From positions 22,282 through 86,281 of the forward strand of contig CALWAL010000002.1 in assembly GCA_944373145.1 (NCBI GenBank): a stretch of DNA of 64,000 nucleotides, written 5' to 3'. Source of the DNA: an uncultured Bacilli bacterium (GTDB taxonomy: Bacteria > Bacillota_I > Bacilli_A > RF39 > UBA660). Of the stretch, positions 9,333 to 19,177 are shown in pieces; positions within the stretch are counted from its first letter, which is position 1; the number at the start of each line of letters is the position of its first letter. Position numbers and translations under genes: made by a program. The notes under the pieces were generated by a model. The model was not told the origin of the DNA. It saw only the letters and a list, made by a program, of their open reading frames with translations, and did no database searches.

Positions 9333-9707
9333 ATGAACAATTTTTGTAATAATTGCGGTAAGCCTATAACAAGTGGAAAATTTTGTACAAATTGTGGAGC
9401 TCCAATTTCAACAACTAATATACTTGCTAATACCGGGCATTTATCGATTGAACGAAAAGGTCAAATAATGGGATTTGCAGTAAATGTTCATGTTAAAATT
9501 AATGAAGTTCCTTATGAATTAGGTGCTAGTCAAAAAATTGATTTAGATTTAGCCCCTGGTACTTACCGTATTACCTATAAAATATGGTGTCGAAGAGAAA
9601 AAGAAGTTATTATTAATATCGTTGCTGGTAATAATTATTTAATAGATTTAGTTTATGATCCACTATGGGGTGGCTTTAAATTAGGAGCTAATAGTAAGTT
9701 ACAATAA
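9333..9707 (+). CDS. zinc-ribbon-domain protein of unknown function
   Basis: N-terminal CNNCGKPITSGKFCTNCGAP is a CxxC-x9-CxxC zinc ribbon, followed by a ~95-aa beta-rich domain. Confidence 0.45.
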   Translation: MNNFCNNCGKPITSGKFCTNCGAPISTTNILANTGHLSIERKGQIMGFAVNVHVKINEVPYELGASQKIDLDLAPGTYRITYKIWCRREKEVIINIVAGNNYLIDLVYDPLWGGFKLGANSKLQ

Positions 9708-9736
9708 AAGAAAGTTTTACAAACTTTCTTTTTCTT
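9707..9736. terminator. bidirectional terminator
   Basis: AAGAAAGTTTTACAAACTTTCTTtttctttt. The hairpin overlaps the stop codons of the convergent genes. Confidence 0.5.
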
Positions 9737-10304
9737 TTAAATCCATTAAAGCACGATAACGGTGTGATACGCTGTTTTTTTCTTCAAAAGTTGCTTCTCC
9801 AAATGTTTTGCCTAAATCATCTGAGAAAAAAATACAATCATAGCCAAAAGAAGTATCTCCCTTCTCTTCATCGATTATTGTTCCATAAGTCTTCCCTTCT
9901 GCATTTATAACACTACCGTCTGTTTTATACAATATTAAAGAACAAATAAAATAAGCTTGGCGATTTTTACCTTGCAAATTTAAAATTAATTTATCACGAT
10001 TAGCTTGATCATTACCATGCTCACCAGAATAACGAGCACTATAAACACCTGGCATTAAATTTAGAGCTTTACAACAAAGACCACTATCATCTGCTAAAAC
10101 ATCATAATTTAAATTTTTCTCACACAAGTAGTTATGAATAGTTTTAGCTTTAATTAAAGCATTGTCAAAAAAAGTTTCACCTTCTTCAACAATTTCATCA
10201 AAATATCCAATATCTTTTAAAGTTAAAAATTCGATATCTTTAAAAATATTTTTTATTTCTTCAATTTTATGTTTATTATTTGAAGCTACAACAATTTTTT
10301 TCAT
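9717..10304 (-). CDS. rdgB: non-canonical purine NTP pyrophosphatase (RdgB/HAM1, dITP/XTPase)
   Basis: N-terminus MKKIVVASNNKHKIEEIKNIF is typical of the Ham1 family. FGYDCIFF matches the C-terminal motif. Size is 195 aa. Confidence 0.85.
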   Translation of the reverse strand: MKKIVVASNNKHKIEEIKNIFKDIEFLTLKDIGYFDEIVEEGETFFDNALIKAKTIHNYLCEKNLNYDVLADDSGLCCKALNLMPGVYSARYSGEHGNDQANRDKLILNLQGKNRQAYFICSLILYKTDGSVINAEGKTYGTIIDEEKGDTSFGYDCIFFSDDLGKTFGEATFEEKNSVSHRYRALMDLKEKESL

Positions 10305-10313
10305 AAATTTCTC

Positions 10314-10841
10314 CTATACTAATTTTACTTTTTTTATCTTACTATAAATAAGGGCAAACACAAGCATAAAAACAACTTCAATAGCAATAATTTGCCATTG
10401 CTTTAAAGAAGTTATGGAAGCAATATTAGATGAATAGGTAATCATCCCAATGGATATACTTTTAGCAAATACAGCAATCGGCATTAAAACTTTTAATGAT
10501 ACACCGCCCAAAGCCGAACCAACGCAAATAATCTCATCCGGCAAAATTGGTATAGCAAATAAAATACCAGTTGTTAAAAAAGGATTAGTAGAAATCAACT
10601 TTTGGTATTTTTGATAATTTGAACTCTTTTTAAATTTTGATAAATACTTTTCTCCTAAATAGAAAGACAACTTATACATTAAAATAATACCAATTAAAAT
10701 ACCAATTAAACCAATAACAAAAGCCATATGCGAACCTAAAGAAACAGAACCCATTAGAATTGTACTAGCTTCTGGTAAAGGCAAACAAATTGGCTGAGAT
10801 ACACACATTATAAAAAAAATTAAATATTTCAAACACGTCAC
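10314..10841 (-). CDS. DedA/TVP38/SNARE-associated-family membrane protein
   Basis: Polytopic membrane protein with DedA-like ...LPLPEASTILMG... and a C-terminal re-entrant region. Confidence 0.55.
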   Translation of the reverse strand: MTCLKYLIFFIMCVSQPICLPLPEASTILMGSVSLGSHMAFVIGLIGILIGIILMYKLSFYLGEKYLSKFKKSSNYQKYQKLISTNPFLTTGILFAIPILPDEIICVGSALGGVSLKVLMPIAVFAKSISIGMITYSSNIASITSLKQWQIIAIEVVFMLVFALIYSKIKKVKLV

Positions 10842-10908
10842 CTACAGTAATTATATCATAAACTTAACAAAATCAAAAAATTTATAAATATTTAATGTTA
10901 TAATATAA

Positions 10909-12600
10909 ATGGTGAGTTGTATGAAGGAAGAAATATTAGATAAAGTTGATACCTTATATAAAATGTGGCAAGAGGGACGTCTTGGTGGTGAAGTAATGCC
11001 GGAAGATGAAAATCCCCATTTTGATAAGTCATCAAATGAAAATTATTTATATTTTACTTTACCAATGGCACTAAATTATCAGCGCAATTCTTATAAATTA
11101 TGGGAAAGCGCGAATAAAACATATCACGATATAGATACACAGTTTGTTTTTAACCCTAAAGAAGTGCTAAATCGATCTTTTAAAGAAGTACAATCTGCTT
11201 TAACTAAATATGGTGTTGCTCTTCAAAAAAATAAACAAACAGAAATCTGGATAACTCTATGCAAAACCTTTGTGGATTTATACAATGGTGATTTACGCAA
11301 TTTATTCAAACAATTTAATTATAATGTTTTAGCAATTCGTGAATACATGCAAAAACAAAATCGCAAAGCTTTTCCTTATTTATGTGGTAATAAAATATGT
11401 AATTATTGGCTATATGTTATTTGGCAATATACTGATTGTAATTACTCCAATATAGAAATGCTAACAGTTGCTCCAGATACACATGTTATTAAATCAACAT
11501 ATCATTTAGGTCTCATAAATAAAGAAGAGTTTGAGTCTAATAATGTTCAAGAAATCGTTATTGAAAAATGGAATAAACTATTTGAAGGAACTAAATATAA
11601 ACCAATTGATATTCATACTGCTTTATGGTTATGGAGTAGAAACGGCTTTAAAGATTTAGAATATTATAATTGTTTAGAAAAAGTTTTAAAAACTACTAAG
11701 GAAATATCAAAAAACTCAAAGTATATCCATATTAATTTAAAAGCAATTAAAAATCTACATCTTAATACATCAAAAGTTGGCCACTGGTTGTCCTCTAATC
11801 CATATGGCATTTTAGATTTAAATATTGAAGATATAGTTAATTTTTTAATTATGTATGATGCTATTGACTGTTGTTTTTGGGGTAATCCTAAATGGACAAT
11901 TAAGGATTCACACGGTAATAATATTGATGGTGCTTTTGCACTTCTTTATGCCCTATTAAAACTATATAAAGATCAAGGACATCTAAATTTTGAATTAATA
12001 ACTTTTGAAAAATTTAAAGATCATTTAAAGGGAAATATTGATATCCCTTTATTAAAAGAAAGATATCAAATATTACAAAAAATAAGCGCTGTTATTAACC
12101 AAAAAATGAATGGCAATTTTTACCAATATATAAGAAATATTAAAGAAGATATAAAACTTATACACATAGTTGTTAATAACTTTAGCTCTTTTACGGATGT
12201 TAGAACATATAATAATCAAACTGTATATTTTTACAAATTAGCTCAATTAGTAACTTCTGATATTTTGCACATCAGATCTTTAAAGGAAAATATTGAAGTT
12301 GACTGTTCACATTTAGTTGGATGCGCAGATTATAAAATTCCACAAGTATTACGTGGGTTAGGTGTTTTAGAATATAATTCAGAATTGCAAAATATTGTTG
12401 ATAACAAAAGAGAAATTGTAGAAAATTCCGATTATGAAATAGAAATACGTGCTAATACAATTGTTGCAATCAATTTAATAAAAAACGAATTAAATAATAA
12501 ATTTGATGCAATTACAATTAATGATATTATATGGTATGCTGGTCAAGATAAAACCAAAAATTTCAAACCATATCATTTAACTAAAACTTTATCATATTAA
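10909..12600 (+). CDS. HhH-GPD (DNA-glycosylase-fold)-like protein with a large C-terminal domain of unknown function; possibly related to queuosine-salvage DUF2419/Qng1
   Basis: Residues ~150-200 (FPYLCGNKICNYWLYVIWQ...LTVAPDTHVIKSTYHLGLIN) resemble the helix-hairpin-helix plus VDTHV.RV..RLG catalytic-Asp segment of EndoIII-like glycosylases. The C-terminal ~300 aa (…MYDAIDCCFWGNPKW…) carry no motif I can assign. The DUF2419 link is from memory and weak. Confidence 0.35.
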   Translation: MVSCMKEEILDKVDTLYKMWQEGRLGGEVMPEDENPHFDKSSNENYLYFTLPMALNYQRNSYKLWESANKTYHDIDTQFVFNPKEVLNRSFKEVQSALTKYGVALQKNKQTEIWITLCKTFVDLYNGDLRNLFKQFNYNVLAIREYMQKQNRKAFPYLCGNKICNYWLYVIWQYTDCNYSNIEMLTVAPDTHVIKSTYHLGLINKEEFESNNVQEIVIEKWNKLFEGTKYKPIDIHTALWLWSRNGFKDLEYYNCLEKVLKTTKEISKNSKYIHINLKAIKNLHLNTSKVGHWLSSNPYGILDLNIEDIVNFLIMYDAIDCCFWGNPKWTIKDSHGNNIDGAFALLYALLKLYKDQGHLNFELITFEKFKDHLKGNIDIPLLKERYQILQKISAVINQKMNGNFYQYIRNIKEDIKLIHIVVNNFSSFTDVRTYNNQTVYFYKLAQLVTSDILHIRSLKENIEVDCSHLVGCADYKIPQVLRGLGVLEYNSELQNIVDNKREIVENSDYEIEIRANTIVAINLIKNELNNKFDAITINDIIWYAGQDKTKNFKPYHLTKTLSY

Positions 12601-12602
12601 AA

Positions 12603-12632
12603 CACTAGAAAATTCTAGTGCTTTTTTATTTT
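12603..12632. terminator. terminator hairpin CACTAGAAAATTCTAGTG followed by a T-run
   Basis: A perfect inverted repeat followed by tttttatttttt. It terminates the + gene ending at 12600, and the hairpin overlaps the stop of the convergent Ppx-family gene. Confidence 0.5.
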
Positions 12633-13502
12633 TTCAACAATGCCATATACCATTGAAATTCTTGTTGGAATAATATATTTAACTTCTAAAATATCGGCTA
12701 ACGCTTTTACACATAAACGCATCCCTCTAGCACCACGCCACCAACCGTCATTATTGGTTCTTCTACAAACTTCATCTAACGATACTTCATAAAAGAAATT
12801 ACGATCTAATTTATCCATTGTTACAACATCCAAACAGTATGGTTGCAAATCACTATTATAAAACTTATTAGGCTCAACCGGATAATTTAATTCTTCATAA
12901 TAATAAATATAATCGCCACCAGCTAAAATCATCAAATCAGCCTTATTTTGCGGAATATTTACTAACTCTTTAGTCCGCTTAACCATTTCATCATAATTAG
13001 AAGTAGCATAATCAGATCTTAAATCGGGAAACATATCAGTTGTATCCATAGCTCCAAAATCACTATTGCATTTTTCAATAATTTGATTGTGCTCAACAAT
13101 AGCTAATTCTGTTGAGCCTCCTCCACCAATCATTACTGCAATCTTTCCATCAAAATTTATTGTCGCCGTTGCACCATATACAGTAAACTCATTTTCCATA
13201 TCTGATGTAACAATTACAAAATCTAAGCCTGTATTTTCTTTAAATTCTTTTAACCACTCATCTTTTTGCGTTTCAGTTAAATTACGAAACACACTAGTTC
13301 CAAATACATAACATTTATAATCACTAAAACTATTTACATAATTAAACAAAAGTTTTTTATCTTCTTCTAAAAGTTTTTTTTCTTTTTTATAATTATTCTT
13401 AAACTCAATTGTTTTAAAGCCTAAGTTTTTAACTTTATCATTTTCATATAAATAAGCTTTAGTATTAGTACTACCAATTTCAATTATAATAAATTTATCC
13501 AT
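12615..13502 (-). CDS. Ppx/GppA-family phosphatase (exopolyphosphatase / pppGpp phosphohydrolase-like, N-terminal domains only)
   Basis: ASKHA-fold motifs are present: IIIEIGSTNTKAYL (phosphate-1), IAVMIGGGGSTELAIV (the DxGGGSTE-type phosphate-2), and a MILAGGD-like adenosine motif. Confidence 0.6.
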   Translation of the reverse strand: MDKFIIIEIGSTNTKAYLYENDKVKNLGFKTIEFKNNYKKEKKLLEEDKKLLFNYVNSFSDYKCYVFGTSVFRNLTETQKDEWLKEFKENTGLDFVIVTSDMENEFTVYGATATINFDGKIAVMIGGGGSTELAIVEHNQIIEKCNSDFGAMDTTDMFPDLRSDYATSNYDEMVKRTKELVNIPQNKADLMILAGGDYIYYYEELNYPVEPNKFYNSDLQPYCLDVVTMDKLDRNFFYEVSLDEVCRRTNNDGWWRGARGMRLCVKALADILEVKYIIPTRISMVYGIVEKIKKH

Positions 13503-13678
13503 AAGTCCTCCCTACATTATGTTATTATATAAATTCAAACAAAAAAATAATCTAACATCCCGCTTTTTCTATTTCATAAAAATCATAATATAATCTATTA
13601 TGATCTAGTAAATACACTAACATGATTATAACATAAAAAAATTATTCATCCCTAATTTTTTATATTGTTTCAGAAAAG

Positions 13679-14665
13679 CTAATCTAAAATTGATTCAATA
13701 ATATATCGAGGCCTTTGTTTTGTTTCATTATACAATTTACCAATATATTCCCCTATCACTCCTAAGCATAGAGTTTGAATACCTCCTATTAACCAAATTG
13801 AACAAACAATAAAAGTCCAGCCAGACACTGTATTACCCACTATTTTCATAACTATAGAATAAATTAACACAGCAAAACTAATAAACAATAACAAAAAACC
13901 AATTGCTGTAATCACCCTTAATGGTTTAATGCTAAAAGAAGTAATACCATCTAGGGCAAACGCTAACATTTTCTTTAAAGGATATTTAGATTTACCTGCA
14001 ATTCGTTTATTGCGCTCATAATAAGCAATATCTGTTTTATATCCAATTTGAGGAACAATACCTCTTAAAAATAAATTTACTTCCTTATAATTACTTAATC
14101 CTTCCAAAGCTCTTTTACTCATTAATCGGCAATCAGCATGATTGAAAACAACTTCAACACCCATTAAATTCATAAATTTATAAAAACCTTCAGCAGTAAA
14201 GCGCTTAAAAAAAGAATCCTTTTTACGTGAATTACGAACACCATAAACAATGTCAGCTCCATCATTGTATTTAGCAATCATATCATCAATAACATTAATA
14301 TCATCTTGTAAATCAGCATCCATACTGATACTAATATCAGCATGATCTTTAGCGTACATTAATCCTGCCAATAAAGCATTTTGATGCCCGCGATTACGAG
14401 ATAAATTAACCCCAACATACATTTCATTACTTTCATGAAACTCTTTTATTATCTCCCATGTTCTATCCTTAGAACCATCATTTACAAAAATGACTTTACT
14501 ATTATTACTAATTAAATTTTTATTCATTAATTCTTTCATTTTTAAATCTAGTTGTTTCTTAGTAAAACCTAAAGCATCTTCTTCATTGTAACATGGAATA
14601 ACTAAATTTAAAATTAAATTACACTTCTTCATCAAATTCTTTCTCCCATCTAAATAAAGCCACAT
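13679..14665 (-). CDS. GT2 polyprenyl-phosphate glycosyltransferase (GtrB/CsbB/DPM1-like)
   Basis: LVIPCYNEE, FVNDGSKDRT and SMDADLQDD are DxD motifs. Two C-terminal TM helices are present, matching the GtrB-family architecture. Confidence 0.8.
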   Translation of the reverse strand: MWLYLDGRKNLMKKCNLILNLVIPCYNEEDALGFTKKQLDLKMKELMNKNLISNNSKVIFVNDGSKDRTWEIIKEFHESNEMYVGVNLSRNRGHQNALLAGLMYAKDHADISISMDADLQDDINVIDDMIAKYNDGADIVYGVRNSRKKDSFFKRFTAEGFYKFMNLMGVEVVFNHADCRLMSKRALEGLSNYKEVNLFLRGIVPQIGYKTDIAYYERNKRIAGKSKYPLKKMLAFALDGITSFSIKPLRVITAIGFLLLFISFAVLIYSIVMKIVGNTVSGWTFIVCSIWLIGGIQTLCLGVIGEYIGKLYNETKQRPRYIIESILD

Positions 14666-16688
14666 ATTCTAAAAACATTATTAAAATACAAATTAGCATA
14701 TATTCAGGAATAGTATATACTCCTCTTTTCTCCAAATTAATAATTTCAAATAATAAATCACTAACTTGTTCTTCACCATTAACAATTAATTTACCACCTG
14801 GATAAAAATCAAATTCAGTTTTAAAAACACTAGCTACTTCTAATCGTCCCTCATCAGAAGTAGTAAGTCTAAATTTATAAATCCCTCCGTCATATTGTTT
14901 ATCTAAATTGAAAGTTGTAACTCCATCTTGTATTTCTTGTTCACTAAAATTTATTTGGTAAATAATTTTTCCAGATTCATTAATTAATTCCAATTTATAA
15001 ATACTATCATCTAATTCATCATTATTAAAGGTTAAATTAATAATATTAAATTTACTATTCAAAGTTAGTGTTTGTTCTAAAATTACATTTTTATTTAGTT
15101 CAACATAAAGAATTTTTTTAGTGGTATCCTTAGAAACAATATTAGTCTTTAATGTTTCATTAGTATATTTATTAAAATTTAAAATCAAAATAACTATTGT
15201 TAAAAAAATTATTAAATACTTAGACCATTTATATTTATATTTTATATATTCACCAAATTTAAGCTTATCGTAAGAATAACTACCTAAAATAACTAACCAT
15301 GGCAAAAAAGATAAACTATAGCGAGGGGATGCTTCCCATATTAAGTAAAAGAAAACTGCTCCAAAAATAGCAATAGCTACAATTGATTTTTCTTTCCTTT
15401 TCAATAACAAACATAAACTAATAATGGTACCAATTAAAGTCCCTAATTTAGATATTTGTAATATATAATTTAAAACTAAGTTTTTATCTTCTACTAAGTA
15501 TCGATAAGAAATATTATAATCATCAACCAATTCTAAATATTTTTGATAACTGTAATCCCCTTTTGACCAAACCGCATTTAACTTATTAATATATAATTTT
15601 AGTAAACCAAATGGTCTTAAATCATTAATACGCTTTTTTATTTCTGAAATATTTAACTCAATTCTCTCTTCTACATTATTAGCATTATCGCTTAAATAAA
15701 AATCGTCTTGACTATAATAACCTTTATTTTTTGCGTTTAATCCCATCATTATCCAATGAGTTACAGGAAATTCAGCGTCATAATCAATATCAGTAAAAAC
15801 CATTTTTTCAATATATTTTGTTCCTAGAAATGTTAAAAAAACTGCTATAAATATAGGGATTATCTTAATAGTTATTCTTTTTAAATTTAAACTAATAAAA
15901 ATGTAGACTAAATAAGCAATTAAAATAAAAATTGAAACAGCTCTAATCTTATAGGCTATAACACTTAAAAATCCAATTAATAATCCATATAAAATGTTAT
16001 TTTTTATTTCATCATTTTTGCGCATTTTTACTACTAGATATATTAAAATACTAGCCCATGGTAACATTAAAATATCTGTATAATAATAAGATACATATAA
16101 ATAAAATATTGGGGATAAAACACATATAAACAGACTTAAAATTGCTTTATCAATACCGCCTATTTCTTTAACTGTTTTATATGTAAAATATGACATAACT
16201 ATAATACCAATGCAACTAAAAAAATTATAAAATAAATAACTATATTCAGGGTTAATTCTTTGTAAATTATATAAAATAATAACCAAAAATCGATTATTTG
16301 GATAAACAGAAAAATAATGATTATTAATAATTGTTCCTGTCTCATTTAAACCATTTATTGCTGATATAATATGAATTAAATCAACTTTAGGTACACTTTT
16401 TATAAAAATAGTACTAATAGTTAATAAAACAAACTGCGTTAATAATAAAATAGCTACAGTAACTTTTTTCTTTTTATCAGATAACCTAATTACAAATCTA
16501 TATAACTTATAAATTAATAAAAAATAAATAATTATTCCTATAATAAGTACCAAAGGATTCAAATAACAATAGCTTCGATTTACATAAAAAAATACTCCAC
16601 CTATAGTAGCACTTGTTAAACATACAATAGTAAAGATTAATAAAAACTTATACCCAATATCAATAATCTTATTTACAGCTTTCTTCAT
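14619..16688 (-). CDS. large polytopic GT-C-type glycosyltransferase (YfhO/ArnT/PMT-like), 689 aa
   Basis: At least 12 TM segments in the N-terminal 480 aa, then a ~200-aa soluble C-terminal domain. It overlaps gtrA upstream and the GT2 gene downstream, forming a three-gene operon. Confidence 0.5.
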   Translation of the reverse strand: MKKAVNKIIDIGYKFLLIFTIVCLTSATIGGVFFYVNRSYCYLNPLVLIIGIIIYFLLIYKLYRFVIRLSDKKKKVTVAILLLTQFVLLTISTIFIKSVPKVDLIHIISAINGLNETGTIINNHYFSVYPNNRFLVIILYNLQRINPEYSYLFYNFFSCIGIIVMSYFTYKTVKEIGGIDKAILSLFICVLSPIFYLYVSYYYTDILMLPWASILIYLVVKMRKNDEIKNNILYGLLIGFLSVIAYKIRAVSIFILIAYLVYIFISLNLKRITIKIIPIFIAVFLTFLGTKYIEKMVFTDIDYDAEFPVTHWIMMGLNAKNKGYYSQDDFYLSDNANNVEERIELNISEIKKRINDLRPFGLLKLYINKLNAVWSKGDYSYQKYLELVDDYNISYRYLVEDKNLVLNYILQISKLGTLIGTIISLCLLLKRKEKSIVAIAIFGAVFFYLIWEASPRYSLSFLPWLVILGSYSYDKLKFGEYIKYKYKWSKYLIIFLTIVILILNFNKYTNETLKTNIVSKDTTKKILYVELNKNVILEQTLTLNSKFNIINLTFNNDELDDSIYKLELINESGKIIYQINFSEQEIQDGVTTFNLDKQYDGGIYKFRLTTSDEGRLEVASVFKTEFDFYPGGKLIVNGEEQVSDLLFEIINLEKRGVYTIPEYMLICILIMFLEYVALFRWEKEFDEEV

Positions 16689-17100
16689 AACTATCCTTCT
16701 TAAAAACTATTATCTTACTTAATACATAATTTCCAATTATCACTAATACTTGACTAATTAACTTTACTATTTTATCATTAAAGCACAAAAATGATACGCC
16801 TATAAACATTACTAACATATCTAAGATTAAAGTTGATACACGAGCACTTACAAAAGTAAAAAATTCTTTTTTCTTATTTTGATTGGTACTATAAAAGACA
16901 AATTTACGATTAGTAAAGTATGCAAATAATACTCCTATACACCATGACAAAATATTAGCAATCTGCAATTCAATTTTAATTTTAGGGTTTAATATCGTAA
17001 TTGTTAAACCATAATAGGTCATTAAACTAATTACTGTCGTTAAGACTCCAAAAATTAAATAATTAATAATTTCATGATGTTGTTTATACAATTTTAACAC
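16669..17100 (-). CDS. GtrA-family membrane protein (putative polyprenyl-P-sugar flippase)
   Basis: 143 aa, 4 TM, with a GtrA-like N-terminus (…YLIFGVLTTVISLMTYYGL…). First gene of the gtrA/GT-C/GT2 cluster. Confidence 0.65.
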   Translation of the reverse strand: MLKLYKQHHEIINYLIFGVLTTVISLMTYYGLTITILNPKIKIELQIANILSWCIGVLFAYFTNRKFVFYSTNQNKKKEFFTFVSARVSTLILDMLVMFIGVSFLCFNDKIVKLISQVLVIIGNYVLSKIIVFKKDSYEESCK

Positions 17101-17117
17101 TTGAATTCACCAACTTC

Positions 17118-17790
17118 TTATATGTAATCCCATATTTTAGAATACATTTCTAACTGCATTTCACGTTTAATTTGAGCAACCGAATGATATAAAGGAATAA
17201 TGATATAATCTTCAGCTAAAATAACTGTTGATTTAGCAAGCGTCTTTTGCAAATTTTCTTCAATCTTAAATCCAAACACTATTAATAATAACAATAATGG
17301 GTAATAACCTAAAGTAACAATGACTTTAGGTTTAACAATATCTATTTGTTTTTTTAAAAGAAGAACAATTACTTGTTGATATTCCAAGATTAATGTTATC
17401 ACCACGGTAATTATTTCCTTTACGAACACACATTATAGCATTCGTTATATATATATTGTCACTATCATTTATTTTACCTTTCAATGATTCAACTAAAAAT
17501 TTTGTTAACAATTTTTTAATTGAACTTTTTTCAGTTTCGATTAAATATTTCTATTTTTAAGATGTTGGTTCTTTCATGTATTCATTGTGTAATTTTAACA
17601 TGTCATTATATGGTTCCCAATCCTGACCAATAACTAAAATATTAGAATCTAAACGTTTAAACCAATCAGTCCATATTGAGGAAATATTTTCAGTTATCTT
17701 CTCATTATAATAAAAATTAATTAATGAGTAGTCTTTGCCATTTTTCCATGCAAATTACAACATTTACCTAATGATTGAATCAATTTACCT
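17118..17790 (-). pseudogene. uracil-DNA glycosylase superfamily (family 4/5-like) pseudogene, broken by at least 2 frameshifts or stops
   Basis: Three reverse-strand frames read, in order, ...ILVIGQDWEPYND..., ...KLLTKFLVESLKGKINDSDNIYITNAIMCVRKGNNYRGDNINLG... (the UDG-family vYiTNvvkCRP motif) and ...KKQIDIVKPKVIVTLGYYPLLL...IIPLYHSVAQIKR (C-terminal HPS-like motif). The fragments are interrupted by stops; one shift falls in an A7 homopolymer near 17345. Confidence 0.55.
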
Positions 17791-17902
17791 AAGGCTCTTT
17801 TTTTAATACTTACCACCTAATCTAATTATAACACAATATCGAGAAGTACAACTTACATAATTAAAAAATTCTTTAAATATTTTAATCAATTATCATTATG
17901 TA

Positions 17903-17940
17903 AAAAAATCTAAATAATAAATATAATATTTAGATTTTTT
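17903..17940. terminator. terminator hairpin for the 17946..18737 gene
   Basis: aaaaaaATCTAAATAataaatataaTATTTAGATtttttt is a perfect 10-bp stem with T-runs on both strands. Confidence 0.5.
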
Positions 17941-17945
17941 ATAAA

Positions 17946-18737
17946 TTACATTTTGAATGGCGTAGATTGTTCTTCTTTATTTTCATAACCGTCCTGTTGT
18001 TTTTGACTTATTACCGAGTCAAGAAGTTGTAGTAAAAAATTTTGAGCTTCTGGTGCAGATAAATTCTTTAAATAATTAGTACACGCATTTCTAACCCAAG
18101 CTGTTTTGCAAGCGCTTGATAATCTTCTTATATTAAAACACGCATAATCAACTGCCGTTATATCACCCCAAGTTTTTAATTCTGCTCTATTTAAGAAATA
18201 ATTCCTCTCATATTCTTCAAAACTATGAAAAAAACCATTCTCCAAAACTTTGTTAGTTTCATCAAAAAAGCACTCATTTCCAAACAGAATTATTCCTTGA
18301 TCATATTTTATATCAAGCATGACAGTTCGTTGTACTGATCCTGTCGGTGAAAATGATGGTTTGTTGGTTATTAAATCGTACCCTTCTTGGGTATATAAAA
18401 TATGCCTAGCATAATAATTATTTTTAAAATTACTTAGAATTAAATTATATGATTCATCAATGCCATTACGCGGATTTAAATGAATAAGATAACTTAAAGA
18501 TTCTAGCCATCTGACAAAAGACTCTCTTTCAATTGTTAAATCTTCATCTAACATACCCAAAACAGCATAATTACTAAAATGCTCCCCAGTAAATTTATAA
18601 ACAAGCAATTTTCTAATTTGGTCATTTATTTTAACAATAATTATAGGGAAAGAACTAACAAAATTAGGATCATCTGTCATATTCCGACAAGTTAAAAATT
18701 TTTGAATAAAATTTTCCATAAAGACCTCATCTATCAA
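17946..18737 (-). CDS. hypothetical protein (263 aa), orphan
   Basis: Clean ORF between the UDG pseudogene and tRNA-His. No motif recognised. Confidence 0.4.
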   Translation of the reverse strand: MIDEVFMENFIQKFLTCRNMTDDPNFVSSFPIIIVKINDQIRKLLVYKFTGEHFSNYAVLGMLDEDLTIERESFVRWLESLSYLIHLNPRNGIDESYNLILSNFKNNYYARHILYTQEGYDLITNKPSFSPTGSVQRTVMLDIKYDQGIILFGNECFFDETNKVLENGFFHSFEEYERNYFLNRAELKTWGDITAVDYACFNIRRLSSACKTAWVRNACTNYLKNLSAPEAQNFLLQLLDSVISQKQQDGYENKEEQSTPFKM

Positions 18738-19063
18738 ATACTATATTAATTTTTTTAATTAAAACTATAAAAATTATATCACTGTTGGCAATATAATACA
18801 ACAGCAATAACTTATGGAATTTATTCTCATTTAACATAACAGAATTTAAGATGACATAGAGGGTTAAAACAATGATTATTCTTAAACGCTCTAGCGGTCG
18901 TTAGCGATTAAGATTGCTTTAGCAGTCTTTTTTGTTACTTTATAATTATCCAAATATCATATTATAATTAATCTAAATTTATTATATCATACACTCCTAG
19001 TTTTTTTTGTAATTAACTATATTTTGTAATATCTTTTACATCAATATCTTTATATATTAATAT

Positions 19064-19094
19064 AAAAAAAGAACACTTTTGTGTTCTTTTTTTT
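19064..19094. terminator. terminator downstream of tRNA-His (bidirectional)
   Basis: aaaaaaaGAACACttttGTGTTCtttttttt. Confidence 0.5.
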
Positions 19095-19100
19095 CTAATC

Positions 19101-19177
19101 TGGGGCGCGATAAGGGGATCGAACCCTTGCATAACGGAACCACAATCCGCCGTGTTAACCACTTCACCAATCACGCC
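19101..19177 (-). tRNA. tRNA-His (anticodon GTG) with encoded CCA
   Basis: The reverse strand folds as a cloverleaf: G(-1)+GCGTGAT acceptor stem, D-arm, anticodon arm GCGGA/TTGTGGT/TCCGT with anticodon GUG, T-arm GGTTCGATCC, acceptor ATCGCGC, discriminator C, then CCA. G-1 paired with C73 is the His identity element. Confidence 0.85.
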
